Source: an uncultured virus (IMG/VR IMGVR_UViG_3300036715_002708) (lineage: Duplodnaviria; Heunggongvirae; Uroviricota; Caudoviricetes). Taken from it: a DNA stretch of 64,000 nucleotides. The DNA lies in the IMG/VR virus record IMGVR_UViG_3300036715_002708; one strand, written 5' to 3'. Of this stretch, positions 9,158 through 17,880 are shown in pieces (position 1 is the first letter of the stretch; each line of letters begins with the position of its first letter). The translations under genes and the position numbers were made by a program. Under the pieces are notes generated by a model. That model was not told the origin of the DNA and searched no databases. It saw only the letters and a list, made by a program, of their open reading frames with translations.

Positions 9158-9196
9158 GTGGCGCTTAACGAAGAGGAGCAGTATCGTCATAAATAA
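9158..9196 (+). pseudogene. internally deleted remnant of a 4-Cys family gene
   Basis: GTG-start mini-ORF MALNEEEQYRHK*: a family-type N-terminus joined to a near-exact copy of the 3' end of member 11. Confidence 0.6.
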
Positions 9197-9220
9197 TATT
9201 TATGGGATGGGAGGAGCGCA

Positions 9221-9544
9221 ATGATATATATAATGGAAGACACGAAGCGCATGATACAAAACTTTATTAATGACCCATCCGATGAAACACTGAGAAAAAT
9301 GATAACAGAACCACGTTATAAGTATAGTTGTCTGCTTGGTCGGTTGATTGATATTAAGGAACCGTGCATAAAGGAATGCCCAGGGAATACTCTACACACT
9401 ATGGGAAACTCATACAAGTGTTATGTATGCCGTCCCTATCAGCTTGTTGATTTGTGGATGAAGAACCATGCAGAAGCAATTCTTTATGCGGTTGAGCTAC
9501 TAGCCTGTGCGGAAAGCTATGTAGAGCAGTATCGTCATAAATAG
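9221..9544 (+). CDS. 4-Cys family member 11
   Basis: Family motifs present. Confidence 0.9.
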   Translation: MIYIMEDTKRMIQNFINDPSDETLRKMITEPRYKYSCLLGRLIDIKEPCIKECPGNTLHTMGNSYKCYVCRPYQLVDLWMKNHAEAILYAVELLACAESYVEQYRHK

Positions 9545-9565
9545 TATTGAAAAAGGAGGGATGTC

Positions 9566-9910
9566 ATGATACGTATAAAAAGAGACGCGCAGCGTAGAAT
9601 TCAAGCTTTCATAGATAACCCCTCCAATGAAACACTGAGTCATGTAATAGCAAAAGTACGCAAGAATTGTTTATTGAACCAATTAGTTGATACCCATGGA
9701 CAATGTATAGAGGAATGTCCAGGAACAACTCCTTATTCTATACCAGTTCAACATTATGGGGGCACATTTTACCTTTACGCCTGTCGGCCAGATGGACTAT
9801 GGCGACTCTGGGAAACGAATCCAGCAGAAGCGGTTCTTTATGCAATACAACTATTGGCCTGTGCAAAAAGTTACGTAGAACAGGCTAATTCTTCAGGAGG
9901 CCAATCATGA
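9566..9910 (+). CDS. 4-Cys family member 12
   Basis: Family motifs present. Confidence 0.9.
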   Translation: MIRIKRDAQRRIQAFIDNPSNETLSHVIAKVRKNCLLNQLVDTHGQCIEECPGTTPYSIPVQHYGGTFYLYACRPDGLWRLWETNPAEAVLYAIQLLACAKSYVEQANSSGGQS

Positions 9911-10284
9911 ATTATGAAATGATTGGTTCTGGTAAAGAGCTATTTAAGAGACTGCAAGCTTTTGCAGATAATCCCTCTGAGGAGACTATAGACAATATTA
10001 CCCAATCATCAAGAGCATTCTTTCGACAGCAGTATGCCAACAAAAACTTTGGTGAGGGATTTCACTATTGTTATTTCGCCAGGATAGTAGGACCAATAGA
10101 CCGCTGTCCGAAAGGATGCCCTGGTCAGAATCCTTCATATCCTGTTTGTAATAACCTTGCGTATTTGTGGGAATATCACCCCGGGAAGGCTGTTCTTTTT
10201 GCTATACAGCTCTTAGCCTTCATTAAAAGTTTCATTTCAGGGGAGGTTGACAATGAAATATATCCCACGCGAGGAAATTCTTAA
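9907..10284 (+). CDS. 4-Cys family member 13
   Basis: FADNPSEET..CPKGCPG..LFAIQLLAF. Confidence 0.9.
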   Translation: MNYEMIGSGKELFKRLQAFADNPSEETIDNITQSSRAFFRQQYANKNFGEGFHYCYFARIVGPIDRCPKGCPGQNPSYPVCNNLAYLWEYHPGKAVLFAIQLLAFIKSFISGEVDNEIYPTRGNS

Positions 10285-10573
10285 GAAATTACAGGATTTT
10301 ATAGACAATCCCTCCGATGAAACTGCAGATGGTATTGTGTCACTATTATCCAGTGTCTCCTCAGATGGTGTTTACTGCTGGCTAGATGCAATGAGAATCC
10401 CTATTCATAAGTGTCCGCCTGAATGCCCAGGGATAAACCTCCCAAGTCACTTTAGGTTTATATGTGGTCTGTCAAGGTTTTATGAAATTTGGGAGGCTAA
10501 ACCGGCGGAAGCAGTGGTACTCATGATACAACTCTTGGCTTTTCTAAAGAGCAGTATAGAATCACTGGGGTAA
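10253..10573 (+). CDS. 4-Cys family member 14
   Basis: Family motifs; ATG after GGAGG. Confidence 0.9.
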   Translation: MKYIPREEILKKLQDFIDNPSDETADGIVSLLSSVSSDGVYCWLDAMRIPIHKCPPECPGINLPSHFRFICGLSRFYEIWEAKPAEAVVLMIQLLAFLKSSIESLG

Positions 10574-10576
10574 TCT

Positions 10577-10897
10577 ATGGAATATGAAGTAGTTCCCCGC
10601 GAAGAGCTTCTTAGAAGATTGCAATGTTTTGCAGATAATCCCTCTGATGAGACTGCTGATAAGGTTATGGCTGCAATACTTGCGGGACATCAGACTCATT
10701 GTTGGCTAGTTATGATTGGCTTCTTAAATTATAATTCATACACGGATTGCTACAAATGCCCATCTATATGTCCTGGGATAGAAAGATTTTTATTGTGTAA
10801 TGCTATGAGCTTTCTTGGAGACTGGAAAGCAAATCCATCAAACACTCTTTTATTCGTCATACAGCTCCTAGCTCTTTTGAAAAGTGCGGAGGGTTGA
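10577..10897 (+). CDS. 4-Cys family member 15
   Basis: Family motifs present. Confidence 0.9.
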   Translation: MEYEVVPREELLRRLQCFADNPSDETADKVMAAILAGHQTHCWLVMIGFLNYNSYTDCYKCPSICPGIERFLLCNAMSFLGDWKANPSNTLLFVIQLLALLKSAEG

Positions 10898-10899
10898 CG

Positions 10900-11229
10900 A
10901 TGAATAGTGCTATACATAGAAATAATAGGGAAACTCTTAAGAAACTGTTTAAAGCCTTTATAGATAACCCTTCCGATAAAACTGTGGCTAGTATCTATTT
11001 TTCGCATCAGCATGGTTGTTGGTTAGCTGCAACGGGAATTGCATATGGCCGATGTCCATCAACATGTCCTGCGGCAGACGTAACGAACATAAAAGAACGT
11101 CATACCTATACACCACTATGTAACTCCTATCAATTTTTCAGAGTATGGAAAATAAAGCCAGCTAAAGCGCTTTTATTTGCCATACAGTTCTTAGCTTTCT
11201 TAGAAAGCCATGAGGGAGCAAAGTTATAA
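10900..11229 (+). CDS. 4-Cys family member 16
   Basis: Family motifs; ATG after GGAGG. Confidence 0.9.
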   Translation: MNSAIHRNNRETLKKLFKAFIDNPSDKTVASIYFSHQHGCWLAATGIAYGRCPSTCPAADVTNIKERHTYTPLCNSYQFFRVWKIKPAKALLFAIQFLAFLESHEGAKL

Positions 11230-11579
11230 TGTCAATGCGCGCACTGCAACGACAAAAGCTTTTGAATGTTCTTAATGCAGCTAAGCGTTTGGTAAATAAT
11301 CCATTTAACCAGGCAGCTCAACGTAGCTTGGTTGAGAATACGCGCCCACGAATGTCTCCAAATGATTTCAGTGGGTGTATTGCTAGCTGTGAGTCATGTC
11401 CACTTGGCATGAATTTAGGAGCTGCACATTTCTTTTGTACATCTACTACCACTGAAGAAATTAAAGAAAAGCACATGGAAGGGATATTCGTACTGCGTTT
11501 GCTTGAGTTTATAGCCATGATAGAGTCCCAACTAGAAAATCTAGAGGAACAACATGAACCGAACAAATGTAATATATAA
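11229..11579 (+). CDS. 4-Cys family member 17 (subfamily B, CxxCPL)
   Basis: AAKRLVNNP..C..CESCPL..C..LRLLEFIAMIES. Confidence 0.85.
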   Translation: MSMRALQRQKLLNVLNAAKRLVNNPFNQAAQRSLVENTRPRMSPNDFSGCIASCESCPLGMNLGAAHFFCTSTTTEEIKEKHMEGIFVLRLLEFIAMIESQLENLEEQHEPNKCNI

Positions 11580-11898
11580 TATAGAAAACCTTAAGGAACT
11601 GTTAAAGGCTTTTATAGATGACCCTTCTGATAAAACTGCGTACGACCTTTCCCCAACGCGTTCAGATTTTTGCTGGTTAGCTTCAATGAGATTCAATTGC
11701 CGATGCATACCTGGGTGCCCTGCGAAAGAATCAATGGAGATGAAAGGCAGCCATTTCCATGCGCCCTTGTGTACTCCTGATCGATTTTATAAGACGTGGA
11801 AAACGAAACCAGCTAAAGCACTTTTATTTGCTATGCAATTTCTATCTTTCTTAGAGAGCCATGAGAATAGCGATGGACAAAGCAAAGGCAATACATAA
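11554..11898 (+). CDS. 4-Cys family member 18
   Basis: Close paralog of member 16. Confidence 0.9.
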   Translation: MNRTNVIYNIENLKELLKAFIDDPSDKTAYDLSPTRSDFCWLASMRFNCRCIPGCPAKESMEMKGSHFHAPLCTPDRFYKTWKTKPAKALLFAMQFLSFLESHENSDGQSKGNT

Positions 11899-12202
11899 TA
11901 GGGTTATTCTTAAGGAATTGTTAAAATCCTTTATAGACAACCCATCTGAGAAAACTGCTCGTGGTATATTAGAGAAGGCGCCTAAGTCTTATTGCTGGTT
12001 AATGCCAACTCAGATTTTTTCACACAGAGAAAGCTGTCCATCAATATGCCCTGGGTTAAGAAAAGACCATAATCCTCATATATGTAATTCACTCTCTCTC
12101 TATTATGATACCTGGAAACACAGCCCAGAAGAAGCGCTGCTATTTGCTATACAACTCCTAGCTTTCTTAGAAAGCTTTCCAGATACATTGGAGGAGCAAT
12201 GA
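11861..12202 (+). CDS. 4-Cys family member 19
   Basis: Family motifs present. Confidence 0.9.
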   Translation: MRIAMDKAKAIHNRVILKELLKSFIDNPSEKTARGILEKAPKSYCWLMPTQIFSHRESCPSICPGLRKDHNPHICNSLSLYYDTWKHSPEEALLFAIQLLAFLESFPDTLEEQ

Positions 12203-12540
12203 CGATACCAAAGCAAATGATAATGTCGAAACGGAAAAGCATGTTAGTTGCTCTCCGTGCGGCAAAACGTTTAGTAAAGAATCCATTTGACGAAGACGCT
12301 CAGCATCGTTTGGCGAATAATACCACTCCAATACAAGGTCAATGTGTTACTAAATGCGAATCATGTCCGTTAAGAACAAGCACTGTTGTTTATCCATTCT
12401 GTATGCCCGGAACTGTTGAACGGATTCGAAATGCACATATGGAGGGCCTGTTTGTTTTGCGTTTGCTTGAGTTTATAGGTATGATAGAAGCTCAGCTTGG
12501 GGAAAATAAGTCTCAAAAGTATCAGGAGACTGGCTCGTGA
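12199..12540 (+). CDS. 4-Cys family member 20 (subfamily B)
   Basis: AAKRLVKNP..CESCPL. Confidence 0.85.
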   Translation: MTIPKQMIMSKRKSMLVALRAAKRLVKNPFDEDAQHRLANNTTPIQGQCVTKCESCPLRTSTVVYPFCMPGTVERIRNAHMEGLFVLRLLEFIGMIEAQLGENKSQKYQETGS

Positions 12541-12842
12541 CACAGTATTCACGACCACGAAGGTCAAAGGTATGGAGTATTTTGAATGCAGCTCGCCATC
12601 TTGTGGATAATCCGCTTGATGAAAAAGTTCAACGATTTCTAAATATAAACACTTCACTGAAAACATGTCGTAAATATTTTCATACTTCTTGCGATTTATG
12701 CCCATTGGGGTTCAGTACAGGATTTGGATATACTCTGTGCTCTTCGGTAGTTACTAGTAGAATTAAGGGAACAGACAAAGAAGGTGTATTTATTTTGCGC
12801 CTAATTGAGTTTATAGCAATGATAGAGGCTCAGCAAAAATAA
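12537..12842 (+). CDS. 4-Cys family member 21 (subfamily B)
   Basis: AARHLVDNP..CDLCPL. Confidence 0.85.
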   Translation: MTQYSRPRRSKVWSILNAARHLVDNPLDEKVQRFLNINTSLKTCRKYFHTSCDLCPLGFSTGFGYTLCSSVVTSRIKGTDKEGVFILRLIEFIAMIEAQQK

Positions 12843-12877
12843 AGTCCAGTATCTTAAAGTCATGCGGAGGGTTTGAT

Positions 12878-13243
12878 ATGGAAAGTGCAAAGGAAAAATC
12901 GCGCGTACTAGCTAAACGTTATTTAGAGTATTTTATCAAATCTCCCTCCACAGAAACACTGCTAAAGTTTGCTAGGCATTTGAACGGATGCCTTTATTCT
13001 TCATGTATTGATTCTAATTTCTCTACAGTAGCACAACACTGCCCAAAACTATGCTACCAACTTAGCAAAGAAAGATACGCAACATTTGCCAGTTTTCTAT
13101 GTGTAGATACGCATTACATAGGTGCACATTACATGGGAGCCTGGGGAGAACGGCTAGCTGAGCTAACCTTACATTTGATACAGTTTAATGCTTATGCAGA
13201 CTCCCAGTTAAAAGGAGATAATCATGGAGCGCACAGAGGCTAA
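12878..13243 (+). CDS. 4-Cys family member 22 (subfamily C)
   Basis: FIKSPSTETL..CPKLC..LSKER..AELTLHLIQFNAY. Confidence 0.9.
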   Translation: MESAKEKSRVLAKRYLEYFIKSPSTETLLKFARHLNGCLYSSCIDSNFSTVAQHCPKLCYQLSKERYATFASFLCVDTHYIGAHYMGAWGERLAELTLHLIQFNAYADSQLKGDNHGAHRG

Positions 13244-13523
13244 GCGTTATTTGGAACGTTTTATCAAATCTCCTTCCGAAGAGACACTACATGATTTTGT
13301 TATACACTGTAGCTATTGCATTTACGAGGGTTGTGTTAATCCTAATTTCCCTGCATCGGCACCATGCCCCAACCAATGTGATAAACTCAGCCAAGAAAGG
13401 TTCTCAGTATTCAAGGCCTTCCTTTGCTCAACCTCGGACTACATGAAGGCTTGGAGAAAACACCCTGCTGAATTAGTTTTACATTTGATACAGTTTAACT
13501 CCTATGTAGAATCTACTTACTGA
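13224..13523 (+). CDS. 4-Cys family member 23
   Basis: Subfamily C motifs. Confidence 0.9.
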   Translation: MERTEAKRYLERFIKSPSEETLHDFVIHCSYCIYEGCVNPNFPASAPCPNQCDKLSQERFSVFKAFLCSTSDYMKAWRKHPAELVLHLIQFNSYVESTY

Positions 13524-13525
13524 AA

Positions 13526-14167
13526 ATGGAGATGACCATGAAACGAACGGAAGCTAAGTTACGCTTGGAACGTTTTATCTCATCTCCTTCTACAGAAACA
13601 TTACAAAGTTTTATTAAGTGCATTAAAGATGACCGCTGTCTTTATGCTGCTTGTGTTAATCCTCGTTTCGCTACAGAGCAAGAATGTCCAGAGCAATGCG
13701 AGGACCTTAGCGGAGAGAGGATATTAGTATTTAGGGACTTTCTCTGTACTGGAAACGTAGACTATTTGGACGCATGGAAAAATCACCCTGCTGAATTAGT
13801 TTTACATTTGATACAGTTTAACTCCTATGCAGAATCTATGCTTGCTAAAAAGGGAATCATGGAACGAACGGAAGGTAAGTTACGTTTGGAGCGTTTCATT
13901 AAGTCGCCTTCTGAAGAAACATTACAAAGTTTTGTTGAGTGCATTAAAGATGACTACTGTCTTTATGCTGCTTGTGTTAATCCTCATTTCGCTGCAGAGC
14001 GAGAATGCACAGAACAATGCGAGAATCTTAGCGAAGAGAGGATATTAGTATTTAAGGACTTTCTCTGTACTGGAAACGTAGACTATTTGAAAGCATGGAG
14101 AGAACACCCTGCTGAATTAGTTTTACATCTGATACGGTTTAACTCCTATATAGAATCTACTTACTGA
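13526..14167 (+). CDS. 4-Cys family member 24, in-frame fusion of two units
   Basis: Two near-identical ~100-aa domains. Confidence 0.9.
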   Translation: MEMTMKRTEAKLRLERFISSPSTETLQSFIKCIKDDRCLYAACVNPRFATEQECPEQCEDLSGERILVFRDFLCTGNVDYLDAWKNHPAELVLHLIQFNSYAESMLAKKGIMERTEGKLRLERFIKSPSEETLQSFVECIKDDYCLYAACVNPHFAAERECTEQCENLSEERILVFKDFLCTGNVDYLKAWREHPAELVLHLIRFNSYIESTY

Positions 14168-14180
14168 AAGGGAGATAACA

Positions 14181-14528
14181 ATGAAACGAACAGAAGGTAA
14201 GCTACGTTTGGAGCGTTTTGTCGCATCTCCTTCTACAGAAACATTACAAAGTTTTGTTGAGTACGTTAGGGGCTATGATTGCTGTCTCTATGCTGCTTGT
14301 GTTAACCCTCATTTCGCTATAGAACAAGAATGTCCAGAGCAATGTGATAAACTTAGCGAAGAAAGGCTATTAGTGTTCGATGACTTTCTCTGTGCTGGAA
14401 ACGTAGACTATTTGAAAGCATGGAAAAATCATCCTGCTGAATTAGTTTTACATTTGATACGATTCAACTCCTATGTAGAATCTATGCTTACTGAAAAGGG
14501 AGATAACAATGAAACGAACGAAAGCTAA
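14181..14528 (+). CDS. 4-Cys family member 25
   Basis: Subfamily C motifs. Confidence 0.9.
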   Translation: MKRTEGKLRLERFVASPSTETLQSFVEYVRGYDCCLYAACVNPHFAIEQECPEQCDKLSEERLLVFDDFLCAGNVDYLKAWKNHPAELVLHLIRFNSYVESMLTEKGDNNETNES

Positions 14529-14853
14529 GTTATATTTGGAGCGTTTTATTAAGTCGCCTTCTGAAAAAACACTGTATGATTTTCTCATAAGCTGTGACCT
14601 CCGTTGCATTTATATGTCTTGTGTTAACCCTCGTCGCCTCTGTCAATGCCCAAATCAATGCATAGAACTTAGTCAAGAAAGATTATCAGTATTCGATAAA
14701 TTTCTTTGTTCAACTTCAGCATATGAATGGACTTGGAGGGGGGCTTGGAAAAAGCATTCAGCTGAATTAACTTTACATTTGATACGGTTTAACTCCTATA
14801 TAGAATCTGTACTGAATCAAATGAAGGTAGCTGTGAAACGAAAAAAGAGATGA
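14509..14853 (+). CDS. 4-Cys family member 26
   Basis: Subfamily C motifs. Confidence 0.9.
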   Translation: MKRTKAKLYLERFIKSPSEKTLYDFLISCDLRCIYMSCVNPRRLCQCPNQCIELSQERLSVFDKFLCSTSAYEWTWRGAWKKHSAELTLHLIRFNSYIESVLNQMKVAVKRKKR

Positions 14854-15230
14854 CCATGAAACGAACGGAAGCTAAGCTACGTTTGGAGCGTTTTATCGCA
14901 TCTCCTTCTACAAAAACATTACAAAGTTTTGTTGAGTGCGTTGAAGATTATTACTACTGTCTTTATGCTGCTTGTGTTAATAATCTTCATCTCGCTAACG
15001 AAATTACTCTAATGGAGCAAGAATGTCCAGAGCAATGCGATAAACTTAGCGAAGAAAGGTTCTCAGTGTTTGATGACTTTCTCTGTGCTAGTTGTGCTGG
15101 TGAAGTAGACTATCTAGACGCATGGGAAAATCATCCAGCTGAATTAGTTTTACATTTGATACGGTTTAACGCCTATATAGAATCTATGCTTGCTGAAAAG
15201 GGAGATGGCCATGAAACGAACGGAAGCTAA
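14850..15230 (+). CDS. 4-Cys family member 27
   Basis: Subfamily C motifs. Confidence 0.9.
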   Translation: MTMKRTEAKLRLERFIASPSTKTLQSFVECVEDYYYCLYAACVNNLHLANEITLMEQECPEQCDKLSEERFSVFDDFLCASCAGEVDYLDAWENHPAELVLHLIRFNAYIESMLAEKGDGHETNGS

Positions 15231-15534
15231 TCTACGTTTGGAACGTTTTATCGCATTTCCTTCTACAGAAACATTACAAAGTTTTATTAAGTACATTAAA
15301 GATTATAACTGCTGTCTTTATGCTGCTTGTATTAATCCTCATTTCTCTAGTGCGCGACCATGCCCAAAGCAATGCGATAAACTTAGCGAAGAAAGGCTAT
15401 TAGTATTTAATGACTTTCTCTGTGCTGGCAACGTAGATTATTTGAATGCATGGAAAAATCATCCTGCTGAATTAGTTTTAGCTTTGATTCAGTTTCACGC
15501 CTATATAGAGTCGCTTGCCAAGGAGAAAATATGA
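15211..15534 (+). CDS. 4-Cys family member 28
   Basis: Subfamily C motifs; ATG after GGGAG. Confidence 0.9.
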   Translation: MKRTEANLRLERFIAFPSTETLQSFIKYIKDYNCCLYAACINPHFSSARPCPKQCDKLSEERLLVFNDFLCAGNVDYLNAWKNHPAELVLALIQFHAYIESLAKEKI

Positions 15535-15956
15535 AATCTACGGCAATGTCTCTATTGAACGCCTTTTTGAAAAATCCTACTGATAAAACGCTTATGGCTT
15601 TTTGTTCAGATTGGAGTCAGCATAATCTTTATGGTTTGCGATGGTTTGATGAGAGATGTCTTTTGGAGTATTTATGCGAAGCTAAGCAATTGCGTTTTCC
15701 AAAATGCGATGATTTATGCATACGTCTTATGGAAGAAAGAGTAGAGCATTCAGGATATGCTTTGTGTTATATGGCCAAGCATCCTGATATTATTATGGAG
15801 GCTTGGAAACATAATCCATCTGCCTTTATTCTTGATTTAATAGCCCTTAAGGCATACGTTGAATCACTGGAAGAGAGCAGTCATGGGCAAATCCATGCAA
15901 ACCCCAACGAGGGAACACATGAAAATAAATCCAGTAGCAATGTCACTGTTAAATGA
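15531..15956 (+). CDS. 4-Cys family member 29
   Basis: FLKNPTDKTL..CL..CDDLC..C..AW..ILDLI. Confidence 0.9.
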   Translation: MKSTAMSLLNAFLKNPTDKTLMAFCSDWSQHNLYGLRWFDERCLLEYLCEAKQLRFPKCDDLCIRLMEERVEHSGYALCYMAKHPDIIMEAWKHNPSAFILDLIALKAYVESLEESSHGQIHANPNEGTHENKSSSNVTVK

Positions 15957-16350
15957 TTTTTTAGCAGACCCTACGGAAGATAAGCTGAGAGCTTTTTGTG
16001 CAGATTGGAGAAAGGTCTCCAACAGTGAAGAATACTGGAGGAAAGTACCATGGCTTGGTAGATGTCTTTTCTATTATTTCTCAATTGGTTCGCCTGAAAA
16101 GTCCATGCATTGCAATAATATATGTATGCAACTCAGGGGGGAAAGAATAGAACATTTAGGCGGTCTGCAATTTGACGATAAGCGAGCAGTGTTTGATGAC
16201 TCTTTCTATGCAAACACTTTATGTTATGAAGATGGTTATCTTTCGGCTTGGAAACATCATCAGTCTACTTTAATTCTCGACTTAATAAAATTTAAGTCAT
16301 ACATTGAGTCACTAGAGGAAAGTAACCATGGACAAATCCACACTGGCTAG
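15919..16350 (+). CDS. 4-Cys family member 30 (alternative start 15883)
   Basis: FLADPTEDKL..CL..CNNIC..C..AW. Confidence 0.85.
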   Translation: MKINPVAMSLLNDFLADPTEDKLRAFCADWRKVSNSEEYWRKVPWLGRCLFYYFSIGSPEKSMHCNNICMQLRGERIEHLGGLQFDDKRAVFDDSFYANTLCYEDGYLSAWKHHQSTLILDLIKFKSYIESLEESNHGQIHTG

Positions 16351-16654
16351 GTATTGTTTAAAGAATTTCGTTGAGTCTCCATCGGAAAAGAAATTACGAG
16401 AGCTCCTTAAATGTTGTGATAATTGCCTCTATACCATTTGTGTTGGTAGTTTGGATGGGGACTGTCCAAAACTGTGCCACAAACTTAGCGAAGAGAGACT
16501 GGAAGCCTTTAGGTTTTATCTATGCATAGGGATTGGTGCATCTTATAAAGCATATTTAAGAGTTTGGAGGGAACGCCCCGCTGAACTGGTTCTACATCTA
16601 ATGCGATTTAATGCTTATGCAGAGTCTGTCATTGGAGGGGTGAATGCGAGTTAA
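16328..16654 (+). CDS. 4-Cys family member 31
   Basis: Subfamily C motifs. Confidence 0.9.
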   Translation: MDKSTLARYCLKNFVESPSEKKLRELLKCCDNCLYTICVGSLDGDCPKLCHKLSEERLEAFRFYLCIGIGASYKAYLRVWRERPAELVLHLMRFNAYAESVIGGVNAS

Positions 16655-16973
16655 TTCTAAAGCGATGTCTCTACTAGATAACTTTTTGAAGCGTCCTACA
16701 GAAAAGAAGTTACGAGAGTTTCTTGATTGTTGTGGCAATTGCCTATATGGCATGTGTTTTGGTGGTTACACGCCTGGCCCCTGTCCAAAGCTATGCCACC
16801 AACTCAGCGAAGAGAGGCTGGAAGCTTTTGGAAGTTATCTGTGCGCAGCGGTTCACGCAGCTCGTCGTAATTATTTAAGGATTTGGAGAGAACGTCCTGC
16901 TGAACTGGTTGTACATCTAATGAGATTTAATGCTTATATAAAGTCTATTAGTGGAGAGATAAATGCAAGCTAA
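16644..16973 (+). CDS. 4-Cys family member 32
   Basis: Subfamily C motifs. Confidence 0.9.
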   Translation: MRVNSKAMSLLDNFLKRPTEKKLREFLDCCGNCLYGMCFGGYTPGPCPKLCHQLSEERLEAFGSYLCAAVHAARRNYLRIWRERPAELVVHLMRFNAYIKSISGEINAS

Positions 16974-17292
16974 TCCCAAAGCGACGTCTCTACTAGATGT
17001 TTTTTTGAAGCGTCCTACAGAAAAGAAGCTACGAGAGTTTCTTGATTGTTGTGATAGTTGCCTATATAATGTGTGTTTTAGTGGTTACACGCCTTGCCCC
17101 TGTCCAGAGCTATGCGGCCAACTCAGCGATGAGAGACTAGAAGCTTTTGGAAGTTTTCTGTGCCTAGGGATTAACGCATCTCGTTGTGGTTATTTAAAGG
17201 CTTGGAGGGAACGTCCTGCTGAACTTGTTGTACATCTAATGCGATTTAATGCTTATATAAAGTCTATTAGGGGGAGAACAGATGCAAGTTAA
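16963..17292 (+). CDS. 4-Cys family member 33
   Basis: Close duplicate of member 32. Confidence 0.9.
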   Translation: MQANPKATSLLDVFLKRPTEKKLREFLDCCDSCLYNVCFSGYTPCPCPELCGQLSDERLEAFGSFLCLGINASRCGYLKAWRERPAELVVHLMRFNAYIKSIRGRTDAS

Positions 17293-17683
17293 TCCCAAAG
17301 CAATGTCCCTATTAAACGCTTTTTTAAATAACCCCACTCAATATACCTTAGGAACGTTTTATCGAGCATGGAGGAAGAGAGCAGAAAGAGAAGGAATTTG
17401 CTCAGTATGCCTTCACCGGTATCTTACACGTCAAAGTCGCTCAAAAAAACTACATAAGAAAGAATGTGCGCCTTTATGTGTAAAACTGAAACAAGAAAGA
17501 AAGGAACACCATGGGTCTTTTCTGTGTTATACTACTCTACCATGGTTGAAAAAGTCTGCTGCTCTCTACAGCGCTTGGAGAAGTTCTCCATCTACCTTAA
17601 TTCTTGATTTAATGCTAATGAAAGCATATATCAAATCTGAGGAGGACAGTCATGAGAGTAGAGATTCTAGGCGTCACAAGTAA
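17282..17683 (+). CDS. 4-Cys family member 34
   Basis: FLNNPT..CL..CAPLC..C..AW..LILDL. Confidence 0.9.
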   Translation: MQVNPKAMSLLNAFLNNPTQYTLGTFYRAWRKRAEREGICSVCLHRYLTRQSRSKKLHKKECAPLCVKLKQERKEHHGSFLCYTTLPWLKKSAALYSAWRSSPSTLILDLMLMKAYIKSEEDSHESRDSRRHK

Positions 17684-17831
17684 TTTTGCGTGTGCAACCT
17701 GTGGAGACCCGATGGGAAGGATAGTTCTTGATTTGAATCAGTCTCCAGTCCAGTGTCCAACATGCGGGGCAAATAAAATCGTCATAAATCTTGATGCCCT
17801 TAAAAGAGAAACACGAAAGACCAAAAGCTAG
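17652..17831 (+). CDS. small zinc-ribbon protein (59 aa, below the ORF-track cutoff)
   Basis: GGAGG RBS; MRVEILGVTSNFACATCG..QCPTCG; paralog of 22532. Confidence 0.75.
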   Translation: MRVEILGVTSNFACATCGDPMGRIVLDLNQSPVQCPTCGANKIVINLDALKRETRKTKS

Positions 17832-17880
17832 AACGTTTAAATACTGGAAAAGTTTATAACTAAACTGAAAGGAGGAAGCA

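Noticed and set aside
5842..17683. Assignment of the 4-Cys family to WhiB, ferredoxin or endonuclease III Fe-S families
   Set aside because: Cys spacing is variable; the WhiB G(V/I)WGG turn and the ferredoxin CxxCxxC motif are absent; only subfamily B's CxxCPL is superficially similar
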